Of a stretch of 32,097 bases of DNA, positions 18,296 to 26,868 are shown one piece after another. A program made the translations under genes and the position numbers. The notes under the pieces were generated by a model. The model saw nothing but the letters and a program-made list of their open reading frames with translations, searched no databases and was not told the origin of the DNA. The DNA is from a virus (Duplodnaviria; Caudoviricetes): positions 1-32,097 of IMG/VR virus record IMGVR_UViG_3300030329_001061. The stretch is one strand, 5' to 3'. The stretch's first letter is position 1, and each line of letters opens with the position of its first letter.

Positions 18296-20109
18296 GCCGC
18301 ACCGTCTGCCACGACTTCGGCGTCAACGCCTTGGGCGTGCGACCATGTGCCGCCCGCAGCCACATTTACCTGCGCGCGCGCATAGCGCGTGCTGACCGTG
18401 AAGTGCGCCTGCCCGTCTGCGTCGATGCTGTTCTCGCTGGTTTCCGTTACGCTGTCGCCAGGAGCTGCGCGGTGCTTGAGCTTGACGGTCACCGTGCCGC
18501 CATCGACATAAGGTCGGATAGCATTGACATAGATGCGATTGCTGCCGCCAATCTCTTGCGTTTCAAGCTGTGCCGCAAGGCTTGGCCCTGTAAATCGACA
18601 CAGCTTCTTATCAGCATTAAAGCCGTTTAAGCTGGTCAACCCGCCAATCCATGAAGCACTGTCGAAGCTGACATCGATGGAGTCTACAGTGCCGAAGGCG
18701 TCCAGGCCTTCCAGCGTCACCTCGGTGCTTAGATTACGAAACATATATTCTTGATTGACTTCAGCGGTGCTCCAACGGTCTACAGCCCAGTTATATATAA
18801 TGACCTTGTTGGGCTGGCCGTCGCTGCTGCCAAATGAGGGATAAGCCCAATACACCATTTTCTGCGTGGGGTCGGCAGCGCCATAAACGCGGTCGATGTA
18901 ATTTTGGTCGAGGTCATTAAGAAAGAAGCGGTCAACCTTTTGATCGCCAATGCTTTGCGAGCCTGCGCCCGTAAATGACCAAAAGCCTTCCTCCCCAAGG
19001 TAGAAGGCAAAGGGTCCGACATTGACCACGCTGTTACGCGCAAACGGGCCACGGTCGCGCTCAATCTCTGTGATGTTAAAAACAGTCGGCGGGCCAACAA
19101 ACGAAAGTCGATAGATGGCACTGCGACACATAACCACGCCATCCATGCCGCCGACCGCGCCCAGGATCGCCATGACCTCACCGCCGACCGGCAAATCTTG
19201 AAAGTCTGATTGCACTGCCGCCGCTGCCGATGTTCCTGGCGTTGGGAAGCTGGTCGGGTCATTAATCGCAGACCAGTTGATGCGGTTGGGATGCACCGTA
19301 GCGTCTTGCTTGATGTTACCCATCATTACAAAGTCTTTCACCACAGCGATAGACTTTGGCTTGATGTCATAGCTGACGCCGGTATTGAAGTTTGTCGCCG
19401 TCATGCCAACGGGCGAGCTGTCTGTTACCGTCACCGTTGTTTCGCCGCGCACGCCTGCCGTGGCTTGCGTGACCGTCACCACATTTGACGCAACCGATGC
19501 TGAAAATTTAGCGTTTGCGTCAATTTGATCTTTTAAGTTTGTTGCCGTTTGGTCGTTAGACGTTGCGGCAACAAAAGTGCCGCTGCCGGGGGATGATCCG
19601 ACTGTGAAATCGTGCGTCGTTTGGTCGGTAGCTACAAGCCGCACTTTCTCGCCGTTGGCTAAATCTCCAAAAGAACTAATTGTAATTTGGCATGTCGCCT
19701 GCGCGGCTAACAGATCGTCAAACGTGCTCGACGTGCCCATCACAAAAGACTGCGGCGGGTCTGTATGACCTGACACAGAAATCACGCGGTTGCCAAAGTT
19801 TACGAAGTTGACAACATCGTTGCCGCTGACCGTGTAACTGGCAGACGCCCGCGATACGTTGCCGAAGGTCATGCCGCTCAGCTTGAATAAGTCTTGGCTG
19901 TCGGCGGCAAACGTGTGGACCGTGCCATCGGTCTGTTTGAATGAAGCTGCGCCCATTGGCCGGTTGGTTAGCGCATTGCTGACCACGGCTTGCGCTGGGA
20001 AAGGCGCATAGGTCGCCGCCGTCTTTGGCAGCACGTTGGTCGCCACGGTCGAGCCTGGATTGCCTAGGTCGGCTTGGTCAGGAAGAAACGGGCCGAAGCT
20101 AAACATCAA
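18292..20109 (-). CDS. Tail hub/nozzle protein (P22 gp10-like beta-propeller)
   Basis: FGPFLPD start, WSAINDP..QSD.QDL, FYLGEEGF, VYWAYP, IYNW..RWS blades; follows the adaptor gene. Confidence 0.8.
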   Translation of the reverse strand: MMFSFGPFLPDQADLGNPGSTVATNVLPKTAATYAPFPAQAVVSNALTNRPMGAASFKQTDGTVHTFAADSQDLFKLSGMTFGNVSRASASYTVSGNDVVNFVNFGNRVISVSGHTDPPQSFVMGTSSTFDDLLAAQATCQITISSFGDLANGEKVRLVATDQTTHDFTVGSSPGSGTFVAATSNDQTATNLKDQIDANAKFSASVASNVVTVTQATAGVRGETTVTVTDSSPVGMTATNFNTGVSYDIKPKSIAVVKDFVMMGNIKQDATVHPNRINWSAINDPTSFPTPGTSAAAAVQSDFQDLPVGGEVMAILGAVGGMDGVVMCRSAIYRLSFVGPPTVFNITEIERDRGPFARNSVVNVGPFAFYLGEEGFWSFTGAGSQSIGDQKVDRFFLNDLDQNYIDRVYGAADPTQKMVYWAYPSFGSSDGQPNKVIIYNWAVDRWSTAEVNQEYMFRNLSTEVTLEGLDAFGTVDSIDVSFDSASWIGGLTSLNGFNADKKLCRFTGPSLAAQLETQEIGGSNRIYVNAIRPYVDGGTVTVKLKHRAAPGDSVTETSENSIDADGQAHFTVSTRYARAQVNVAAGGTWSHAQGVDAEVVADGAA

Positions 20110-20735
20110 AAGCCCCGGCTAATGTCAAAGCGTCTGGATTGTGTAAGCGCGGAGTCCACCGCCAAACGCGCTTGGCCGCGTGTGCGGTTGTCCAACGTGT
20201 TCAGCTCTTGCACCACGCCGTCCAAGAGATTCAAATTCGACTGCACGCTCTGCGGGTCTTTGGCCCGCATGTAGAACGCGGCCAGCGTGGCATAGATGTA
20301 AGCGTCTGGCGCGTTGGTCAGCAGCGAATTTGTGTCGTCAGTCGCCAGATCAAACTTTTTATAAAAGCGGTGGGTGAACGTATAGTTCTGATCAGCTTCG
20401 CGCTCAAACTGTATGACGCTGCCGATAGCATAATAGTAAGGCCGACCGCTGCCGGTCGTTGCAGTTTCTTGCAACGCGAATAATGATTGTTGCGTCGGCT
20501 GATAGTTGTCGCTGGTGAAGAATAGATCGATATGCTCAAGAAAGCCGGTCGGCAAACTGGCTGAGCTGTTACCCGTTGAAAGCGTAACAGACGCGCTGGT
20601 TTCTTGAGAGAACAATCGCAGCTTGCGGTTTAGGCGTGCCTCGCCGCGTGTGATGTAGTCATCCCACGTTATGTCTGACCGGCTTGTCTCCGTTTCAAGA
20701 GCGGTCTTCAGCTCAGCCAGGGTCGAGATGCTCAT
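20106..20735 (-). CDS. Head-to-tail adaptor (P22 gp4 position)
   Basis: ISTLAELKTA...E.RLNR.LR...LP.GFLE...G.P.YY...TN.LL..APD.Y.YA.L pattern. Confidence 0.8.
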   Translation of the reverse strand: MSISTLAELKTALETETSRSDITWDDYITRGEARLNRKLRLFSQETSASVTLSTGNSSASLPTGFLEHIDLFFTSDNYQPTQQSLFALQETATTGSGRPYYYAIGSVIQFEREADQNYTFTHRFYKKFDLATDDTNSLLTNAPDAYIYATLAAFYMRAKDPQSVQSNLNLLDGVVQELNTLDNRTRGQARLAVDSALTQSRRFDISRGF

Positions 20736-20968
20736 TATTCATACGCCTCATTAACGTCGGGCGTGCTGGGATCGTCAGCAACAAACTTGCCGCCTTTACG
20801 CGCACGTTTCTTCGGCGCTGCCTTCTTAGCCGTGGCTTTCTTAGCCGCAGGCTTCTTCGCACTCACCGCCGCGCTGGGGCTGTCAGAATAGCCAGACTTT
20901 GGCATGTCGTCGGCGTCAAACAATTCCTGTTCGCCGGTGCCGTCTTTATAAAGAAATACTTTTGGCAT
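20735..20968 (-). CDS. Small capsid-associated protein with Lys/Ala-rich linker
   Basis: GGAG RBS; AKKPAAKK repeats; C-terminal RAR..GKFVADDPSTPDVNEAY motif. Confidence 0.7.
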   Translation of the reverse strand: MPKVFLYKDGTGEQELFDADDMPKSGYSDSPSAAVSAKKPAAKKATAKKAAPKKRARKGGKFVADDPSTPDVNEAYE

Positions 20969-20985
20969 GTTGATCTCCAAGGTTT

Positions 20986-21008
20986 GGGAGCCGCCTTGCG
21001 ACGGCCCC
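20986..21008 (-). terminator. GNRA-loop hairpin after the coat gene (attenuator or mRNA stabiliser)
   Basis: Minus strand GGGGCCGTC-GCAA-GGCGGCTCC; no U tract. Confidence 0.45.
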
Positions 21009-21016
21009 CGTTAGCC

Positions 21017-22237
21017 TTAGTTCATGTGGATTCTGCAAGCCAATTCTGGGCGAATTGTCTTAAAGCCATACAGAACATCGAGACGGGTGATGAACGTATC
21101 GGCAGAGATTGAGTAGTCTCTGATGATTCGCATCGAAATGCCGTCCATTGTCTCTCGCGCCGCAAAGTCCACACCGTCTGGCAGAACAAGGTCGGCGGTC
21201 GCAAAGCAGAACGCATCCTTATGATACGCCATGCTGGTGGTGAGCGTCTGACTTGCGGCGATTGCCGTCGCGTCATCCGACTCACGCTTGCGCAGCGGAG
21301 CATTGTTTGCTGGCATGGCCGACACATTCTGCAATGCGCCCGAAGACCGCAGAGCCGGTGAGAACGCAATGCTGGTTGCGCTGGTTCCCACGTCAGCCGT
21401 GACAACAAACTTTTGAAGCACGCCCGTATCGGCCTTGGTCTCAGGATGCACGCGGTTGACACTATCAAAGGTGAAGATGTCACCCTTTTTGAAAGTGCCT
21501 GCACCAGTGTCCACCGTGATGCTGGTGCTGCCTTCAGCGATGGTGCCGCTGTCGTTGACCAGATAATCGCCGGTGCCGTCGTCGGTGCCGCCCAGGTGGC
21601 TAGGCATCAGTGAGGTTTCCATGATTTCAGAAAAACCAAACGTATTCGATGCCACACGGCCTTCGCGATAGTTCTCGCCAAGGTTATCCTGATGATTAAA
21701 CAAGCCCGACAGGTCAGTGACCAAATCGACGTTGTCTTGCGTATTCAAAAGCAAAGTACGCTGATCATACGGTGCCAAGTTGTCGGTCAGACGCTTGGAA
21801 GCGTTAAGGACGTCACCCTTGACAATTGACGCGCCACTGTCAGTCACATGGTCAGGAATATCCTTGTACATGCTGAGCGCATCAGATTCGATGTTAGCAG
21901 CGAGCACCGCCATTGACGGGTTCAGAATCCGCTCGCTAAAATCATCAAGGTCAAGTGTGAGGTCGTCACTGGTGAAGGTCGTATCGACGCCCTTCTGCGT
22001 CTGGACGGCCAAGCTCACGCTTTGCTCGGTTACGTCCTGGGAGCTTAAAGCAGCGCCTGTCCGAACCGTGTACTGGTTGGGAAGACGGATGCTCAGCGTG
22101 TCGCCAATTTTTGCGCCTGATTGCGCAAAGCGGTCATCGTAAGCACGGTTGATGCTGCCGATGAATGCCAATTTTTGATGGAGAACGCGAAGTGCTTCAC
22201 GAGTCACCATCGTTGGCGTGAGAAGTGTATTCGCCAT
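21017..22237 (-). CDS. Major capsid protein (P22 coat family)
   Basis: MANTLLTP...EAL..L, KIGDTL.IRLP, M.YHKDAF..ATADL..P, RLDVLYG motifs; AGGA RBS. Confidence 0.93.
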   Translation of the reverse strand: MANTLLTPTMVTREALRVLHQKLAFIGSINRAYDDRFAQSGAKIGDTLSIRLPNQYTVRTGAALSSQDVTEQSVSLAVQTQKGVDTTFTSDDLTLDLDDFSERILNPSMAVLAANIESDALSMYKDIPDHVTDSGASIVKGDVLNASKRLTDNLAPYDQRTLLLNTQDNVDLVTDLSGLFNHQDNLGENYREGRVASNTFGFSEIMETSLMPSHLGGTDDGTGDYLVNDSGTIAEGSTSITVDTGAGTFKKGDIFTFDSVNRVHPETKADTGVLQKFVVTADVGTSATSIAFSPALRSSGALQNVSAMPANNAPLRKRESDDATAIAASQTLTTSMAYHKDAFCFATADLVLPDGVDFAARETMDGISMRIIRDYSISADTFITRLDVLYGFKTIRPELACRIHMN

Positions 22238-22258
22238 GATAAATGGTTCCTTGCAGGG

Positions 22259-23143
22259 TTAAGCGGATTTTTTCCGCAGTTGCTGGTTTCTCCATTTCTG
22301 CCACTCGCGCATACTCATCTTATCGGGGTCTTTTGCACGAGGAGCTGACTTGCCCTTGACCTTGACCGCAGCCTGCGGTGCCGGTTTTGGATTAGCCGCT
22401 TTTTGCGCGGCCATCAGCTCATCGTACCGTCGAGCCTTGTCGATAAGTTTGACATGCACGGGGTCAGAAATGTTTTGAACAGCCTGCTCAGGCAAACCTT
22501 GGCTGATGCCGTAAGTTGCAATTTGTTGAGCAAGCTGAGGAGACCAACCATCGATTTCCGTTTGAAGCACCCGCTGGCCTTCCTCGATTGCTTGGGCGTG
22601 CTGCTGACGCCGACTTTCGAGAGCCTTGGAATGATTTTCATTGAGTCGTTGGATAGCCTGCTGACGACTGCCTTCCAGATCACGTTTCTGCCGATCCAGA
22701 TTAACGGCTGTCGCCATGTCACTTTGGTACAGTTCATCCCAGTTTAAAGCGTTGTACTGCTCTAGTTGCTTGTCAATGGCCTGTACCGCCGCCACGTCTT
22801 GCACAGTCAATTGCTGCATTTCAGCTTCTTGCTGTAGCTGTGCGGCTTGCGCTTCGACTTGCCTTCTCTGGTCGGCAAGCGTCTGCGTCTTGGTCGTATA
22901 GTCTTTTTGACGCATAAGCGCGTCTTTGAGTGCTTCGGGCACTTCGTACTCTTGCCCGTCGTACTCCACGGCAACAAACGCCGGTAACTCTGCGTCTGCG
23001 CCAGCCTCAACCTCAACGGCTTCGGCTTCGTTGTCTGACACTTCCTCGACCGGTTGCGTGCCCTCCACCTCTACGGCTTCGGGTGCTGGGTCTGCGGTTT
23101 CTAAAGCAAGTTCCGGTGACGGATTGTTTGCTTCGTCTGACAT
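22259..23143 (-). CDS. Scaffolding protein
   Basis: Acidic N-terminus, V..DG.E.EV...MRQ.DYT.KTQ.LA coiled coil, basic C-terminus; lies between portal and coat. Confidence 0.85.
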   Translation of the reverse strand: MSDEANNPSPELALETADPAPEAVEVEGTQPVEEVSDNEAEAVEVEAGADAELPAFVAVEYDGQEYEVPEALKDALMRQKDYTTKTQTLADQRRQVEAQAAQLQQEAEMQQLTVQDVAAVQAIDKQLEQYNALNWDELYQSDMATAVNLDRQKRDLEGSRQQAIQRLNENHSKALESRRQQHAQAIEEGQRVLQTEIDGWSPQLAQQIATYGISQGLPEQAVQNISDPVHVKLIDKARRYDELMAAQKAANPKPAPQAAVKVKGKSAPRAKDPDKMSMREWQKWRNQQLRKKSA

Positions 23144-23154
23144 TTAAAAATCTC

Positions 23155-25101
23155 CTAAATCAAGTTATTGGGTTGAAAGTCCTCCATCATCGCCACGTTG
23201 GGCGCGTCTTTTTGCACCTTCGCCAAGCCTTCCATGCGGTCAGTCTCGGCGCGGTATTTATCGACAACCACTTTCTGCGCATCGAGTGCGACCTTGTTGG
23301 CGTCGATCTGGTTTTTCTGTTGCAACACAGAGCGGTCGGCCTGTAGCTGCTGAATAATCGAAGCGGCTTCGGCAAGCTGCGCCTTCATTTGCTGCTTTTC
23401 TGGATCAGCGCCTTGTAACGCGCCAGGAAGCAATTTCTGTAAACGCTCTGCCATTTCTTCCGCACCCGGCCAATCCAAGTTTTTAGCAATGAGATCTCCT
23501 ATCACTGGCGCGGCCTGCGGGAACTGCTGGACCAACAGCATCATTTGCTCCGCAGCTTCAGCGCGTTGCGTGGTAAAGCTAGGACCGACCTTCACGGTCA
23601 CGTCATACTTGCCCGTCGTCAGGTCGTAGATGCGCGGCTCTGGGTCGCCTTCCATCTGCGTCATCTGATTAACCGGCACGTTGCTGGCTTGGTTGTCTTC
23701 GCCCAGCACGCGCAGCACACGGGCCTCGGTGTAGACGCTTGGAATCAAGTCAACAATAATGCGGCCTGCGTGCCGTATGGCGCGGCTCAGATTGTCAATA
23801 AAATGGTAGGTGCCGACATCGCCCTCTTTCTGACGCATTGCCAACGCCTTGCCGCTGACCTCGTTTGACATATTGCCAATGCTGGCGTCGAACATGCCGA
23901 TGGTGTGCTTGATGTCTTCGCTGGCGCTTAAACTTTCCTGCAGCACGCCTGCCGGTGGACCGGCAAACGGTTGACGCTGTGGCGGCACGCCGCCGTCGTA
24001 TTCAATAAAAGCGTGATTGACGCTTGCGGCCGTTTGCCACTTGTTACTATCGGTATTGAACGCGCCGACCGGGCCAATAAACGGAGCCTTTGGTGCCAGG
24101 GCAACCAGCTCTGTTGCTGCCGTGCGCCAATAATTGTACATCATCTGGCTGTCTTTGGCGAAGTGGATCAGGCTGTGAAAATGCCGCTCCTCGCCCATAA
24201 CCACTTCTTCGCCATAGACCGGCACGATGGGAATATATCGACCGGCCCACTCAATTTCTGACAGGATTTCACTGCCGGTCACAACCTTTTGCGTAACCTT
24301 GTGGCTGCGTGTCAGCCGTGACTGCACGGGCAATATGCCCGCCACTTGCAACAGGTCGCGTTGCTCATCAAAAACATCGGCGTCTAAAATCTGACCGTCG
24401 CTTAACAGGACGATCTCGCGCTGCACTTCTTCGCGTGTCCAGTATTCGGCCACGCGCACCGTTTCGTCAGTATACCAGAGCGTGTCACGCATGTCGTAGG
24501 TCATGCTCTCAAAGTTGACCTTGTCGGCGTCGGGATACATATCCTCAAACTCGTCATGGGTCAGCATTTCGGTAACAAAACACATATTCCAATCAGAGCT
24601 ATCCACCGCCGTTGAGCGCGGGTCACGATAAACGCAGAACGGGTTCATTATGCGGTCGATCTTAATGTCGCGCTCAAAGCCGTCATCGCGTGCAAAGTCA
24701 ACGTCAACGCGGAAGTACCCAAAGCCCATGCTAACTGCATCATCGATGGCGTTGGTGTAGGCGACATCGGCGTTGCTGCTGGTTTCGATCTGCTTGATCA
24801 AACCGTTCAGCACCTTCGCCGTCTCAACATCCGCATTGTTATCAACGGGGTGGCACTTAATCGCTGGCTTATTCATACGCGCATCGTTGACAATCTGGCG
24901 TATAAACGTCGGCATTCTATTAACCGTCAGGCACGGTCTGCGGTCACGCTCACGTTGCCGCTTTACTTCTTCGGGCCATTGCGTGCCCATGCGTGCAAAC
25001 TCAAGATCGTCCATCGCCTGATGGCGATTGTCGGCCTCTGCTTCTTCGCACATCTTGAAGGCTTCGCGAATGTCGCGAAGTTCATCGTCTTGCATTGCCA
25101 T
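23155..25101 (-). CDS. Portal protein (P22 gp1-like)
   Basis: D..F..G.QW, RPCLT.N, G.GY.R, YIPI.PV.G, KD.Q..YNY, SG.A...RQ..G, G.YDV.V..GPS..T.R motifs. Confidence 0.93.
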   Translation of the reverse strand: MAMQDDELRDIREAFKMCEEAEADNRHQAMDDLEFARMGTQWPEEVKRQRERDRRPCLTVNRMPTFIRQIVNDARMNKPAIKCHPVDNNADVETAKVLNGLIKQIETSSNADVAYTNAIDDAVSMGFGYFRVDVDFARDDGFERDIKIDRIMNPFCVYRDPRSTAVDSSDWNMCFVTEMLTHDEFEDMYPDADKVNFESMTYDMRDTLWYTDETVRVAEYWTREEVQREIVLLSDGQILDADVFDEQRDLLQVAGILPVQSRLTRSHKVTQKVVTGSEILSEIEWAGRYIPIVPVYGEEVVMGEERHFHSLIHFAKDSQMMYNYWRTAATELVALAPKAPFIGPVGAFNTDSNKWQTAASVNHAFIEYDGGVPPQRQPFAGPPAGVLQESLSASEDIKHTIGMFDASIGNMSNEVSGKALAMRQKEGDVGTYHFIDNLSRAIRHAGRIIVDLIPSVYTEARVLRVLGEDNQASNVPVNQMTQMEGDPEPRIYDLTTGKYDVTVKVGPSFTTQRAEAAEQMMLLVQQFPQAAPVIGDLIAKNLDWPGAEEMAERLQKLLPGALQGADPEKQQMKAQLAEAASIIQQLQADRSVLQQKNQIDANKVALDAQKVVVDKYRAETDRMEGLAKVQKDAPNVAMMEDFQPNNLI

Positions 25102-25111
25102 GTAAAAACTT

Positions 25112-26719
25112 TCAGATAGCGCCGTCTGGCGTTGTCGCGTTGTATAAGCGTTGGCCTAGCAGGCCACGCATGGGAAAGCTGGTGCGCCTGCGCGGGGTGC
25201 GGCTTAAAAGGCTACGTTGGTCGATGTTGCCGCTGCGGTCTTGAAGCAGTCCCGGCAGTGCGGCGGTTGCGGGGTTTGCCGCTAACAAATCTGCACTGTC
25301 GGCTTTGGCAGGGTCGAATTTGGCGGTTGTGCGCCGTATGTTTTCAGCGCCTAAAACCATAAAAACATCTGTTGGCTTACCCTTGCCTTCATAGGTATCA
25401 CGCACGTTTTTGATAACTACGCCGTCACGTCCTAATCGTGAGGCGAGAGCCGCTAGTTGGTCACTGTTCACCTTGCCATTCATTATGGCCGCATACTTTT
25501 TGACCTGACGTGCAACCGTTTCTTTGTCAGGGCTATCAGCAAATTGTTTAATAATTTTATCGGCATCAATGCCATCGTAAGTTGCGCCCTTGGCATCAAT
25601 TACAAGGGGGTTTTCTTGCTTAATAAATGCTTTAATAACTTCTGGTTCAGCATTTTGATAATCAAACGCCCGCCGATCATCTGCATATGTCGCCGCCGTT
25701 GGCCTATCTTTAGAAAAGAAATATGGGCCGCGTTGCGGCTTTTTCAGCAATAATTCACTAGGCGTTGCAAATCCCATTTCGTTAATGGGCCTTACGTCAG
25801 GAGTGCCGTGATAAACAGGGTTATCAACATCAAACCCCATGTCTTGCGCCCGTTGCATACGGCTGGCGGTGTCATCAAGTAATCCAGGCAGTGCGGCGGT
25901 TTGGCCTTTGTTTGCGCCTAGTTCGATGCCATCATCATAATAACTTAAAACTTCATCTATGCGTTTATCAAAGCTCTCTCTGCTTACCTGCCCGAATTTA
26001 GGCTTGCCGCCTTTTGGAACATAATCTGGGAGCTGTGCCGCAGATTCAAATGCCCTGTTAATCCCGGTGCTGTGATCCGATAACCTAATTTCAATACTAC
26101 GTTTATTCGGATGCGTCAGCGTGAGATAGTTTGACTTGCCAGCTTGATTTTGACTGAAACTTAGACCTAACTCCGCATCAGGCGCTTTTTCTCTTATCTT
26201 TTTGACTAAATATTTCGTGCTTGGCAGAGCGGCTTCTAACTTATCATCAGTTAAAGGCACTAAATGTTGCGGCAATCGAGAGGATGCGCTAGGCTTCGCT
26301 TTCGGGGGCTGGTTGTCATCTGGCGAGTCATTAATGCCCTTCAAGCTACGGTTTGTTGGATTTAATGGCCGAGCATGAGCCGCTCCCGAACCTTTTCCCC
26401 GCCCACTAAAAGCACCAAGCACCGCGCCTTCTGGAACCGCGCCCGTCGCCGCCCCCAACAAGCCGCCGACAAGCGGGGCGTCTAACATCGTCTGCGTCAT
26501 CACGTTGGGATCGACCGGCATGCGGCCCATTAGCATCGCGCCGGTCTGTGCCATGCCCATCATCGGATCATACAGCAGGCCGGGCATAGCCAGCTCTAAA
26601 GCCTGCTCTTCCGTTATATCGTCGCCAGGATCAGTATATGTGCGGCGTGCTACGGGCAGCAGCATGGCCCGCTGCACTGCCGGGTCGGCAAGCAGGCCGC
26701 GTGGTAGTTGCTCTGCCAT
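25112..26719 (-). CDS. Modular (polyvalent-type) protein with an ADP-ribosyltransferase-like domain
   Basis: RA..MGF....VYHGT, YFFS....A..YA, NPLVID, G.DGVVIKNV.D, NIR...AKFDP match the ART domain of phage polyvalent proteins; a second domain carries S-x-Y...IRLSDH. Confidence 0.75.
   Translation of the reverse strand: MAEQLPRGLLADPAVQRAMLLPVARRTYTDPGDDITEEQALELAMPGLLYDPMMGMAQTGAMLMGRMPVDPNVMTQTMLDAPLVGGLLGAATGAVPEGAVLGAFSGRGKGSGAAHARPLNPTNRSLKGINDSPDDNQPPKAKPSASSRLPQHLVPLTDDKLEAALPSTKYLVKKIREKAPDAELGLSFSQNQAGKSNYLTLTHPNKRSIEIRLSDHSTGINRAFESAAQLPDYVPKGGKPKFGQVSRESFDKRIDEVLSYYDDGIELGANKGQTAALPGLLDDTASRMQRAQDMGFDVDNPVYHGTPDVRPINEMGFATPSELLLKKPQRGPYFFSKDRPTAATYADDRRAFDYQNAEPEVIKAFIKQENPLVIDAKGATYDGIDADKIIKQFADSPDKETVARQVKKYAAIMNGKVNSDQLAALASRLGRDGVVIKNVRDTYEGKGKPTDVFMVLGAENIRRTTAKFDPAKADSADLLAANPATAALPGLLQDRSGNIDQRSLLSRTPRRRTSFPMRGLLGQRLYNATTPDGAI
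25254..25901. repeat. 15-bp direct repeat (ggcagtgcggcggtt) bounding the ART cassette
   Basis: Copies at 25254-25268 and 25887-25901, 633 bp (211 codons) apart; both lie in TAALPGLL linkers. Confidence 0.85.
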
Positions 26720-26868
26720 TACTTTTTCTTGATCTTTGGCGCACCCTTATGCGCTTCACCGAAAGTCATGCCGCCGCGCACCTTCTTCTCAATCTGTTTC
26801 AGCACACGGGGGGTGTGATGCTTGCTGTGCCGGTCCAGCGCCTTTTTCTGCCGCTTGGTCAAGGTCAT
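26719..26868 (-). CDS. 49-aa basic His/Lys-rich protein (not in the ORF track)
   Basis: Translated by hand: MTLTKRQKKALDRHSKHHTPRVLKQIEKKVRGGMTFGEAHKGAPKIKKK; ATGA overlap with the terL stop and TAATG overlap with the next gene. Confidence 0.8.
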   Translation of the reverse strand: MTLTKRQKKALDRHSKHHTPRVLKQIEKKVRGGMTFGEAHKGAPKIKKK

